Below, piece after piece: positions 10,684-19,507 of a stretch of DNA of 36,222 nucleotides. Within the stretch, counting starts at the first letter, position 1. The number at the start of each line of letters is the position of its first letter. Below the pieces are notes generated by a model. That model did not search any database and was not told the origin of the DNA. It worked only from the letters and a program-made list of their open reading frames with translations. Source of the stretch: Bacteroidales bacterium (GTDB lineage: Bacteria > Bacteroidota > Bacteroidia > Bacteroidales > S143-33); assembly GCA_015489395.1 (NCBI GenBank), contig WFZV01000001.1, positions 1 to 36,222 of the forward strand, given 5' to 3'. The position numbers were made by a program, and so were the translations under genes.

Positions 10684-11421
10684 TTACATTGCTTTAAAAA
10701 GGAGTTTGATGGCTAAAAGCAGCAGGATTGCAGCTAAGATTTTTTTTACTGTTTCGTGATGTAATTTGCTGTGCATGAAATGCGTACCCAGAGTTGCGCC
10801 CAGGATACCACCAAATGAAGCGACTAAGGTAAGTTCCCAATTAACATTTCCAATGGCCCAATATGTTAAAAAAGCTGTAAAGGACGAAAAAGGAACGACA
10901 AAAGCCGTAATAGTCGTTATTTTTTTAGGATGAAAATTTGCCATAAGCATAAGCGGAGAAATTATATTTCCGCCACCAATTCCCAGTAAACCAGACAAAT
11001 AACCTGCAAATGCTCCGATAAGACTTAAAATTACATACGGACGGTCAGTCCTGTACTCGTGTTCGTGACGTTTGCGGTGTAGTAAAAACATTGAGCCTGA
11101 GAAGATTAAAAAGACAATGAACAACCACAAAACGATTTTAACCGAAATAAATTTCGAGCTATAAGCTCCTAAAGCTGCAAAAATCAATGAGCTAATAATT
11201 ATCGGAATGCCAGTTTTATAGTCCAGACGATTATTTTTAATATTGTGCAGGCTTGCCCCTGCTAAACTTACTGTGTTGTAAAACAAACCTACTGGTTTTG
11301 CTGTGTTAATAGGAACACCTAACCAGACTAAAGTAGGAATTAAAACTATCGCAGCACCGACACCACCAAGAGCAAAAATGAAAGAAGCAACAAACGAAAT
11401 ACCAAAAATTAATAACTCCAT
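10684..11421 (-). CDS. TauE/SafE (TSUP, DUF81) family anion permease
   Basis: 245 aa polytopic membrane protein with the two family repeats (ALGGVGAAIVLIPTL and LLGIGGGNIISPLML). Lies 3 nt after the chrA stop. Confidence 0.8.
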   Translation of the reverse strand: MELLIFGISFVASFIFALGGVGAAIVLIPTLVWLGVPINTAKPVGLFYNTVSLAGASLHNIKNNRLDYKTGIPIIISSLIFAALGAYSSKFISVKIVLWLFIVFLIFSGSMFLLHRKRHEHEYRTDRPYVILSLIGAFAGYLSGLLGIGGGNIISPLMLMANFHPKKITTITAFVVPFSSFTAFLTYWAIGNVNWELTLVASFGGILGATLGTHFMHSKLHHETVKKILAAILLLLAIKLLFKAM

Positions 11422-11424
11422 ACA

Positions 11425-12642
11425 CTAAAATTTTATGTTTGTAAACATCAGTAAAACAGAGCTTAACGCAATTCCGAAAGTAAAAATCCAGAGAATATTG
11501 ATTTTGAAATATCGAACCAAAACAAAGCTACCCACAGCCCAGATAAACAACAGCGGATTATGCAAAGATACTTTGCCTAAAGTTAGCACAACGTAACCCA
11601 ACATGCCTGTAAAACTGGCCATTATGCCATTTATGGCTTTCTGAATCAAATGATTAGCTTTTATTTTTTCGTAAATTTCTGTGACTATGACAGTGTAAAA
11701 GAATGACGGGAAAAAAATTGCAAAAGTTGCTAAAGCACTGGCTAATAAGCCGCCGATTTTATATCCGATAAATGTTGCTGTTATAAGAATTGGGCCTGGA
11801 GTGATTTGCCCCAGAGCAATGCCATCTGCAAACTGATTTAACGTAAGCCAGTGATGCGTGGTTACTGCAGCTTGTTGTAACAATGGTAAAATAGTGAATC
11901 CACTTCCAAATGCAACAGCTCCAATTTTTAGCATTTCAAATGTTAGCTGCGAAATTGTAGAATGACCTGGAGCTGTAATGACGAAAAGTCCGAGTAAAAC
12001 CAGCCCTGTCGCAATTATAAATGTTAATCGTAAAGAAAATTTGCCTGGTATATCCCTGGTAAGATTTGTGGTCTGAGATTTTTTCTGTTTTGTTTTTGAT
12101 TTTAGAGGTGAGAAAATCGCAATTAAAATCGCTAATGTAATCACAATTAAGCCATTAACATGAAATAAAATCAAAAGAAAAGCAATTGATGCGATTATGG
12201 CACTGATTTTATCCTGAACGTATTTTTTACCAAAATTTAGAAAAATATGCGCTACAATGCCTACGACCATAGCTTCGAGGGTCAGAAAAAGAGGTTTTAC
12301 AAAGCTAATTCGTCCGAATTTGAAATATAGCCACGAAAGTAAGACTATTAGCAAATAAGCAGGTAGGATAAAAAATATAGCTACAAGCAAAGCACCCCAA
12401 AAGCCTTTTAGTTTGTAAGCGCTATAAATGGCTAAGTTGTACATAAATGGTCCAGGATAAAGCTGTACCATTGCAATGCCTTCTTCAAGTTCCTTTTCGC
12501 TGAGCCAGTGTTTTTTGAGCAGGGTTGTTTTAATCTGTTGCAGCATGGACATGCCAAAAGCCGTCAGTCCAATGTAAAAGAAAGTGGTTACAAGTTCGAA
12601 TAAGGTTATATTCTGTCGTTTATTTGTCTTGTTTTGAGTCAT
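11425..12642 (-). CDS. chrA: chromate ion transporter (CHR family, long two-domain form)
   Basis: 405 aa with two homologous halves, each carrying the CHR motif (MVQLYPGPFMYN and LGQITPGPILIT). The N-terminus GLTAFGMSMLQQIKTTLLKKHWLSEKELEEGIA is typical of ChrA. Confidence 0.85.
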   Translation of the reverse strand: MTQNKTNKRQNITLFELVTTFFYIGLTAFGMSMLQQIKTTLLKKHWLSEKELEEGIAMVQLYPGPFMYNLAIYSAYKLKGFWGALLVAIFFILPAYLLIVLLSWLYFKFGRISFVKPLFLTLEAMVVGIVAHIFLNFGKKYVQDKISAIIASIAFLLILFHVNGLIVITLAILIAIFSPLKSKTKQKKSQTTNLTRDIPGKFSLRLTFIIATGLVLLGLFVITAPGHSTISQLTFEMLKIGAVAFGSGFTILPLLQQAAVTTHHWLTLNQFADGIALGQITPGPILITATFIGYKIGGLLASALATFAIFFPSFFYTVIVTEIYEKIKANHLIQKAINGIMASFTGMLGYVVLTLGKVSLHNPLLFIWAVGSFVLVRYFKINILWIFTFGIALSSVLLMFTNIKF

Positions 12643-12901
12643 TTTGGTTTAGGAGTTTTTTAAATTCTGTTTTTAAAGTGTTAAAATCCGGTACTCCCAC
12701 AAATGTAAGTTTTGAGTTTACGAAAATCGCTGGTAAAATAGCGGTTTTAAATTTTATCATATCGTCGATTTCAGTAAAAACGTTTAATTTATAGTCAATT
12801 TTAAGTTCTTTGAGTACGTTGGTTAAATTTTTTTTGAGTCGGTCGCATTTAGGACATTTTTTGTTTGGGCAAAGTATATGTATATCAAGCGATTTAATCA
12901 T
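12620..12901 (-). CDS. small thioredoxin-fold protein (redox-active disulfide protein 2 / MTH895-ArsE-like)
   Basis: The tracked ORF begins at ATG 12928. An internal ATG at 12901 (MIKSLDIHILCPNKKCPKCDRL...) gives a size closer to this family and only an 8-nt overlap with the OsmC stop. CPKC is a CxxC redox motif. The 3-prime end overlaps the chrA start by 23 nt. Confidence 0.6.
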   Translation of the reverse strand: MIKSLDIHILCPNKKCPKCDRLKKNLTNVLKELKIDYKLNVFTEIDDMIKFKTAILPAIFVNSKLTFVGVPDFNTLKTEFKKLLNQNDSKQDK

Positions 12902-13307
12902 TATTCGACCATCTTTGAATTTTGCCATTTACATCAGCTGCACGCATTAAAGTATTAGTTATTGTGCCAAATTTTAATATGTTTCTATGCCATAAGTCTA
13001 ATTTTTTGTCTTCCACATCAGTATCGATTTCTAAAGTATATTCGACTTTCACGATTGCCGGAGGGCGGTCTGTACGATAGCCTTTGACTTTGATTCTTGC
13101 TTTTTTGTATTGTAAATGAAGTCGTAAAGAATAGCGTTCGACGTTTTTTAAAACGCAAGCAGCAAAGGCACTGAGCAAAAGTTCAGCCGGGTTAGGCAAA
13201 ATTTGTCCACTTTCAGCTGCCGCATCGAATGGAATAATGCTTTGTTTAACGTGAGCAGCAGCTTCACCACCGGGTTTTGATTCTGATTGAACAAAATATT
13301 CTTCCAT
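12894..13307 (-). CDS. OsmC/Ohr family peroxiredoxin-like protein
   Basis: 137 aa. ELLLSAFAACVLKNVERYS is the characteristic OsmC first-cysteine segment, and the size is typical. Confidence 0.8.
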   Translation of the reverse strand: MEEYFVQSESKPGGEAAAHVKQSIIPFDAAAESGQILPNPAELLLSAFAACVLKNVERYSLRLHLQYKKARIKVKGYRTDRPPAIVKVEYTLEIDTDVEDKKLDLWHRNILKFGTITNTLMRAADVNGKIQRWSNND

Positions 13308-13319
13308 TTGTGCAGACTT

Positions 13320-13874
13320 TTAATTTTTATTGCCGTAAATAAGCTGGTATAATTCGACCAAACGGCGACCAGTATAGCGGGCATCACGTAAAGCAAGCGG
13401 ATCATATTCAAGCCCGCCCATTTCAGTGAAAGTGTACCCCAAAGCTCCACTTCCGCCTAAAATCATTTGATGACGCAGCATAAAAGCGTGTAAAGTGTTA
13501 ATCGTGCTTTCAATGTATCGACGCCCTGTAATTACATAACCACCAATTTTGTTGCGTAAAGCCCCTTTCATCCACCAGGTGCGTTCCATAAGCTTTTTTA
13601 TCAATGCACTAACATCAGCAAATTGACTCGGCGAGCCAAAAATGATAATTTCTGCCCATAGTAAATCCCTGTAAATTTGTTGCATATCATCGTTTATCGG
13701 ACAATAACCCAGAGTCTTACAATCCCTTGTTGCACAGCAACCAGAGAAGTTTAAATCTGCTAAATACAACCGTTTTATTTCAGCTTCTGGTGGAAATTCT
13801 GATAATGCTGCATCGAGCATTTTAGCTGTATTTCCGTTCTTTCGCGGGCTACCGTAAATCGCAAGTACTTTCAT
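13320..13874 (-). CDS. NADPH-dependent FMN reductase family flavoprotein, iron-sulfur flavoprotein (Isf)-like
   Basis: The tracked ORF starts at TTG 13877, and an ATG at 13874 gives MKVLAIYGSPRKNGNTAKML, the FMN_red N-terminal phosphate-binding loop. A compact Cys cluster GCCATRDCKTLGYC follows. Confidence 0.75.
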   Translation of the reverse strand: MKVLAIYGSPRKNGNTAKMLDAALSEFPPEAEIKRLYLADLNFSGCCATRDCKTLGYCPINDDMQQIYRDLLWAEIIIFGSPSQFADVSALIKKLMERTWWMKGALRNKIGGYVITGRRYIESTINTLHAFMLRHQMILGGSGALGYTFTEMGGLEYDPLALRDARYTGRRLVELYQLIYGNKN

Positions 13875-14053
13875 CAACGAACCAGTTTTGGGGTAATCTT
13901 AATAATCGCAAAAAAACGATAATTAAGTTTGTTTAGCAAAGCAACTGCTGTAAAAAACGTTAAAAGTTCTGGCATGCGATTTTATTAAAAATGATCAGGA
14001 TAAATTTTACAGTAAATCTTACGAATAATCATGCAATTTGCTGAATATCAGTG

Positions 14054-15421
14054 CTAACCTAACATTAATGTCGCGATAGTTAAATAAACTGCCGTTCCTA
14101 TAATATCTGCTAAAGTTGTAATTAACGGTGTGCTGGCTGTGGCAGGGTCTTTTTTTAACTTAGTGAAAATAAAAGGTAGCAAAACACCTATCAAACTGCC
14201 AATTATCACATTTACAAACATTGCCACAACAACCACCTTAGCAATCTGGGCATTACCCCGTACGAATCCCATTATCGATATACCGGCACCCATTATTAAA
14301 CCCAGTCCACTTGCCACAAGCAGCTCTTTACCCAGCATAAAAATCCAGTCTTTCATTTTTACCGTACCCAAAGCTAAAGCCCGGATAATCAATGTTGCAG
14401 ATTGCGAACCTGCATTTCCCGCCGTATCCACCAAAACAGGTAAAAATGTTACTAATACCACATATTTTGCTATAGTGTTTTCAAAGCCCTGGATTATGCT
14501 GCCTGTGATTACATCCATTAACAATAACGCCAAAAGCCATGTTACCCTGGCCCGGATTATCGTACGAATAGGAGCTGTTTTCAACTGGGTGATAAAATCT
14601 GAACCAACCGACTCAGTGTCCAAACCAGAATATTTAGCAAAATCTTCTGTGTGTTCTTCGCGCATGACGTCTAAAATATCGTCAAATGTTACAATCCCAA
14701 GCAAATGGCCCTGGTCATCAGTCACAGGTATTGCCGGAAGGTTATATTTTTCGAAAATTTTTATAGCTTCTTCCTGGTCGGTCCTGACATTCATCGAAAC
14801 AAAATGATGGTCCATTATCTGTTCAACTGTTTGCTGCGGGTCAGATAAAATTATACGTCGTATTGGAATATCGTCAATTAATCGCCAGTCGTCGTCAATT
14901 ACGTAAATCATGTCAATAGTCTCAGCATCTTTGCCGAATTCCTTGATATGATCGAGAGCTTTTGCTATTGTCCAATCCTTTTTTATTGCCACGTAATCAG
15001 GAGTCATCAAACGACCGACACTGTCTTCGGGATACCCCAAAAGTCTAAGAGCCTCTTTACGTTCCTGATCAGATAAAAGATTAATCAGCCTTCTGGTCAT
15101 TTTGGGCGGTAATTCCTCTAAAAGCTGCGTGCGGTCGTCAGCGTCCAAAGATTCGATAATGTTTTTTACTTGTTCATTGGTTAAATTCTTAATAATATCC
15201 TCCTGTACACTGGTGTCCAATTCTGAAAATACGTCGGATGCTAAATCTTTAGGCAATAATCTTAGAATTATAACCTGCTGTTCTACAGGAAGTTTGTCGA
15301 TAATTTCTGCAATATCTGCCGGATAAAGCTTTGATAAAAGATTTTTGACTTCGTACCATTTTTTTTGCGCGAGTAAATTAGATATCTTTTCGCTTAAATC
15401 AGTAGATACCAATGTTTCCAT
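14054..15421 (-). CDS. mgtE: magnesium transporter MgtE
   Basis: 455 aa. MgtE N-domain (PADIAEIIDKLPVEQQVIILRLL), tandem CBS region, and C-terminal 5-TM domain with DPATASTPLITTLADIIG. Confidence 0.95.
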   Translation of the reverse strand: METLVSTDLSEKISNLLAQKKWYEVKNLLSKLYPADIAEIIDKLPVEQQVIILRLLPKDLASDVFSELDTSVQEDIIKNLTNEQVKNIIESLDADDRTQLLEELPPKMTRRLINLLSDQERKEALRLLGYPEDSVGRLMTPDYVAIKKDWTIAKALDHIKEFGKDAETIDMIYVIDDDWRLIDDIPIRRIILSDPQQTVEQIMDHHFVSMNVRTDQEEAIKIFEKYNLPAIPVTDDQGHLLGIVTFDDILDVMREEHTEDFAKYSGLDTESVGSDFITQLKTAPIRTIIRARVTWLLALLLMDVITGSIIQGFENTIAKYVVLVTFLPVLVDTAGNAGSQSATLIIRALALGTVKMKDWIFMLGKELLVASGLGLIMGAGISIMGFVRGNAQIAKVVVVAMFVNVIIGSLIGVLLPFIFTKLKKDPATASTPLITTLADIIGTAVYLTIATLMLG

Positions 15422-15559
15422 GCGACTGTTACGTTAAACTGTAAAATCGTCGAAAGTTAATAATACATTTTAAATTTTTACACAAATCGTCAATGTCTTT
15501 AGACTTAAAAAATTATGCCTTTGGCGAATAATATGTCAGGCAAAACAATGTTTCGATAA

Positions 15560-15594
15560 CGAAAAACGGCTGCCCATCGGGCAGCCGTTTTTCG
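15560..15594 (-). terminator. bidirectional intrinsic terminator downstream of katG
   Basis: CGAAAAACGGCTGCCC-ATC-GGGCAGCCGTTTTTCG forms a perfect 16-bp stem with A-run and T-run flanks, 76 nt past the katG stop. Confidence 0.75.
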
Positions 15595-15669
15595 TAAAAA
15601 GCAAAGATAATTGGTAAATACACAAATTTTCGGTGTGAGCATTAAGCAGCACTTGTTAACGAAATTGTT

Positions 15670-17868
15670 TTACCACCAGCGAATATCAAACCTGTCAAGT
15701 TCCATGACTTTAGTCCAGGCCTTTACAAAGTCGTTTATAAATTTTTCTTTATTGTCGTCTTGGGCATAAAATTCTGCTTGCGCACGTAATTGCGAATTTG
15801 CACCAAAGACTAAATCTACTCGAGTGGCTATGTATTTTTGAGTTTTTGTTTTACGGTCGATACCGACAAAAGTCTGTTTTTGTTCGTCTTGTGGTTTCCA
15901 TTCGATGTTCATGTCAAGCAGATTTACGAAGAAATCATTAGTTAAATGTCCTGATTTTTGTGTAAATACTCCGTATCTGGTGTTATCGTAATTTGCGCCT
16001 AAAACGCGCATGCCACCTATCAGTACTGTCATTTCAGGTAGAGTAAGAGTCAAAAGTTTGGCTTTGTCGATGAGTGCCTGCTCGGGCAGGAAATCACAGC
16101 CTTTTTTAATATAATTTCTAAAGCCATCAGCAGTTGGTTCGAGGAATTTAAATGCGTCAATGTCTGTTTGTTCCTGCGAAGCATCTATGCGTCCGGGAGT
16201 AAATGGTACAGTGATTTGAAATCCAGCCGATTCTGCCGCCTTTTCAACAGCAGCATTACCTGCAAGTACGATTAAATCAGCCATGGAGACGCGTTTGTTT
16301 CCTGAGGCAGTGGAATTGAATTTATCTTTTATTTGTTGCAAAATCTGCAGGACCTGGGCTACATCAGGCTTTTTGTTAACTTCCCAGTCAATTTGAGGTT
16401 TAAGACGAATTCTCGCACCATTGACACCGCCTCTTTTGTCAGAAGCTCTAAATGTGGAGGCAGCTGACCATGCTGTATAGATTAACTGATTGATTGCCAG
16501 ACCCGAGTCAAGAATTTGCTTTTTTAATCTGTCAATATCATCCTGGTCTATAAGTTCGTAATCCCTTTTGGGTAAAGGGTCTTGCCAGATAAAGTCTTGC
16601 TTTGGAAATTGATTACCCAGGTAACGGATTTTGGGTCCCAGGTCACGGTGTGTCAGCTTAAACCATGCATGTGCGAATTCTTTTTCTAATTTTTTGTGAT
16701 CAGCTAAAAATTCTTTTGCAATTTCAGCATATTTAGGGTCATAACGTAAAGTTAGGTCAGTTGTAAGCATAATAGGCTTGTGTTTAAGCGAAGGATCGAA
16801 TGGATCAGGCACCATGTCTTGGGGTTCAGGATTTACAGCAACCCATTGCCATGCACCAGCGGGGCTGCGTTCCAGGTTCCAATCGTATTTAAACAATAGT
16901 CTCAAAAAGCTGTTGTCCCACTGGATAGGAGTTGGCGTCCAGGCACCTTCCAGACCACTTGTAATAGTATCAGGGCCTTTGCCGGATTTATACGAGCTTT
17001 CCCAACCTAACCCTTGTTGTTCTAAAGGTGCAGCTTCCGGCTCTGGGCCTAAGTATTTTTGAGGATTAGCTTTGCCATGGGCTTTACCAAAAGTATGTCC
17101 GCCAGCAATTAAAGCTACTGTTTCAATGTCGTTCATACCCATGCGGTAAAAGCTTTCGCGGATTTGTTTGGCAGATTCTAAAATATTTGGTTCACCGTTT
17201 GGGCCTTCTGGATTAACGTAAATCAGTCCCATGTGAAATGCTGCCAGAGGTTTTTCCAGTTTTCCTTTTCTATCCTGGCGTTGATTACCAAGCCATTGTG
17301 TTTCAGGTCCCCAATAAGTGTCAATTTCAGGTTCGTAAATATCAACCCGTCCACCAGCAAAACCATAAGTTTTAAATCCCATCGATTCCAGAGCAACATT
17401 TCCAGCTAATATCATAAGATCAGCCCATGAAATTTTTTTGCCATATTTTTTCTTAATAGGCCAGAGTAGTCTGCGGGCTTTGTCTAAATTAATGTTGTCC
17501 GGCCAGCTATTGACAGGAGCCAAACGCTGATTGCCGCTACTGGCACCGCCTCTACCGTCTAAAATGCGATAAGTTCCAGCTGAGTGCCAGGCCATACGGA
17601 TAAACAGCGGTCCATAATGACCATAATCTGCTGGCCACCATGGTTGTGATTGAGTCATAAGTTTTCGTAAGTCTTCTTTGACAGCCTCAAGGTCAAGTTT
17701 GTTAAATTCCTGGGCATAATTAAAGCTTTCGCCTTCTGGTCTAATCTGTGGTGAGTTGATGTGGAGAATCGATAAATTAAGCTGGTTGGGCCACCATTTA
17801 GCAAGCATATTGCCGCCTAATGTGGTGTAAGCTAATGATTGTTTTGTCAGAAAACAGTTTTGTGCCAT
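15670..17868 (-). CDS. katG: catalase-peroxidase
   Basis: 732 aa two-domain protein. WWPNQLNL near the N-terminus, distal-His motif [10 protein letters not shown], proximal-His region [10 protein letters not shown], and a C-terminal domain ending DRFD. Confidence 0.97.
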   Translation of the reverse strand: MAQNCFLTKQSLAYTTLGGNMLAKWWPNQLNLSILHINSPQIRPEGESFNYAQEFNKLDLEAVKEDLRKLMTQSQPWWPADYGHYGPLFIRMAWHSAGTYRILDGRGGASSGNQRLAPVNSWPDNINLDKARRLLWPIKKKYGKKISWADLMILAGNVALESMGFKTYGFAGGRVDIYEPEIDTYWGPETQWLGNQRQDRKGKLEKPLAAFHMGLIYVNPEGPNGEPNILESAKQIRESFYRMGMNDIETVALIAGGHTFGKAHGKANPQKYLGPEPEAAPLEQQGLGWESSYKSGKGPDTITSGLEGAWTPTPIQWDNSFLRLLFKYDWNLERSPAGAWQWVAVNPEPQDMVPDPFDPSLKHKPIMLTTDLTLRYDPKYAEIAKEFLADHKKLEKEFAHAWFKLTHRDLGPKIRYLGNQFPKQDFIWQDPLPKRDYELIDQDDIDRLKKQILDSGLAINQLIYTAWSAASTFRASDKRGGVNGARIRLKPQIDWEVNKKPDVAQVLQILQQIKDKFNSTASGNKRVSMADLIVLAGNAAVEKAAESAGFQITVPFTPGRIDASQEQTDIDAFKFLEPTADGFRNYIKKGCDFLPEQALIDKAKLLTLTLPEMTVLIGGMRVLGANYDNTRYGVFTQKSGHLTNDFFVNLLDMNIEWKPQDEQKQTFVGIDRKTKTQKYIATRVDLVFGANSQLRAQAEFYAQDDNKEKFINDFVKAWTKVMELDRFDIRWW

Positions 17869-17946
17869 AAACTTGAATTTTAAAAGTTTGAAAATAAATT
17901 TTTTGTAAACATAAGTTAAATAATTTTTATTTGCAAATAATTATTA

Positions 17947-17965
17947 ATTTAGAATTATTCTAAAT
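17947..17965. promoter_or_regulatory. perfect 9-1-9 palindrome, candidate Fur-family (PerR-like) operator upstream of katG
   Basis: ATTTAGAAT-T-ATTCTAAAT checked base by base. The core TTAGAATTATTCTAA differs from the 7-1-7 Per box TTATAATNATTATAA only at one symmetric position pair. Its centre is 88 nt upstream of the katG ATG. Confidence 0.4.
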
Positions 17966-18041
17966 ATGTTTAAAATTGTCTATATTTCTGGATGTTAGTA
18001 AGTTATTCGGATTGTTAAGTTTTGTTAATGATTTAGCGATT

Positions 18042-18069
18042 AAAAAAACGGCTGCCCACCGGGCAGCCG
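18042..18069 (-). terminator. intrinsic terminator of the APC permease gene
   Basis: CGGCTGCCC-ACC-GGGCAGCCG hairpin. On the minus strand it is followed by T7 (complement of A7 at 18042-18048). It lies 45 nt past the permease stop. Confidence 0.7.
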
Positions 18070-18113
18070 AATTTCGTTATTTGTCAGGGAATTGTTTCGA
18101 AATTAACTGTAAA

Positions 18114-19427
18114 TTAATTTTTCGGGAAAGTTTGAATTCTGTCGCTTTTCATTGTACGCTGTGTTAGACCACGGTAAGCAAATTCTAACATTATAGCGAA
18201 AGCAAAAATAAGAATACTCGAATAAAAAGCGCTTTTGCTTGTCATCCATTGATATCGCATTAAAGCTAAAAATATCAAAAGCAAAATGATTAAGTTAAAA
18301 CTTAGTAAAATTTTATTGCCACCATATTGCTTAGCCAGTTTTAAATGAGAAATTAAAACAAAGATATAAATCACTGTAAAGACAGTACTGGTTACTGAAG
18401 CAATTGCATTAAGATTTAAGAAAAGAGCTAAAATTAAACTCAGACCTGCTGTAATATACAGACCTTCAGTGGATTTAAACCAGACTTTACGTTCAAAAAA
18501 TTCAGGCAATTCACCGTCTTTAGCGAGCGAATATGCAACGTTAGCACCACCGTAAAGTGTAGCATTTAACGCAGAAGAGATTGAGAACAATGCACCAATG
18601 GTAATTAACGCAAATCCGAAGTTCCCAAGAAATGGTTTAGCTGCTACGGCGAGAGCATTTTCTTCTGCTTTGATTATTTCAGAGATTGGCAAATTACCTA
18701 TAGTAACAAGTGCAATCGAAACATAAATAAACATAACTATAGCTATACTTATGTAAATTGCCCGTGGTACGTTTTTACGAGGATTCTTAATATTCTCCGA
18801 AGCATTGGTTACTAAGCCAAATCCCATGTACGATAAGAAAAAGATTATTGAGGCATTAAGCAATCCATTTACGTGTTTGCTATCAAAAACTGGTTTAACC
18901 ATGTGCCAATTTATAGTCAAAAAACCACCAAATATGAAGACCAGCAAAATCGATACTTTTATAAGGACAATATAAAATTCTGCTTTTCCGACTGCTTTAC
19001 TACCGAAAAAATTTAAAACAGTAAAGAAGGCAACGACCAGGATTTCGACTATTCCGATGTTTACGTTTGTTAGAGGTACATGTATAGCTGGCAGCAAGTA
19101 ACCAGCGAATCCCTTGGCAAACAAGGCAATTGAAATGACATAAGTGAACCACATCAACACACTTAAAGCTCCAGTAATTACGTTGTCTCCTATGCCTTTG
19201 ATAATAAAGGCAATAGGCCCTGCGTTAGATATGATTCTTTGACCTAAAATCGCATAGGAATAAGCAACAATTAAAGCATAAAGACCCGAAAGAATGAAAG
19301 CTTCTGGTAAATCTTTACCTGCAATTTTTACTCCTAATCCAAAAATTGAAAATATACTGGCACCAATCATTGTTCCTACAGCCATAGAAGTGGCTTCGAT
19401 AAGAGAGAGTTTCTTGTTTTTTCCCAT
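18114..19427 (-). CDS. APC superfamily amino acid permease
   Basis: 437 aa, about 12 TM segments. N-terminal LSLIEATSMAVGTMIGASIFSIFG is typical of amino acid/polyamine/organocation permeases. Confidence 0.8.
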   Translation of the reverse strand: MGKNKKLSLIEATSMAVGTMIGASIFSIFGLGVKIAGKDLPEAFILSGLYALIVAYSYAILGQRIISNAGPIAFIIKGIGDNVITGALSVLMWFTYVISIALFAKGFAGYLLPAIHVPLTNVNIGIVEILVVAFFTVLNFFGSKAVGKAEFYIVLIKVSILLVFIFGGFLTINWHMVKPVFDSKHVNGLLNASIIFFLSYMGFGLVTNASENIKNPRKNVPRAIYISIAIVMFIYVSIALVTIGNLPISEIIKAEENALAVAAKPFLGNFGFALITIGALFSISSALNATLYGGANVAYSLAKDGELPEFFERKVWFKSTEGLYITAGLSLILALFLNLNAIASVTSTVFTVIYIFVLISHLKLAKQYGGNKILLSFNLIILLLIFLALMRYQWMTSKSAFYSSILIFAFAIMLEFAYRGLTQRTMKSDRIQTFPKN

Positions 19428-19507
19428 ATTCTAAGTGGTTTGAAGTTTTTAGATAAAAGTAACAAAAAAGATACAAACATGGTAAGAATGGTCAAATTGT
19501 CAGTCGT

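Noticed and set aside
13148-13450. 100-aa minus-strand ORF spanning the OsmC/flavoprotein junction.
   Set aside because: It is in an alternate frame over two well-supported genes. It would require both of them to be false.
14130-14807. 225-aa plus-strand ORF, plus a 74-aa ORF at 15102..15326.
   Set aside because: Both lie wholly inside, and antisense to, the strongly supported mgtE gene. The translations are low-complexity (Ser/Ile/Thr-rich) with no motif. These are typical shadow ORFs.
15422-15559. Possible M-box (Mg) riboswitch in the mgtE leader.
   Set aside because: The leader is only ~140 nt and very AT-rich, and I could not see the extended paired elements expected of an M-box. This cannot be excluded without a covariance-model scan.
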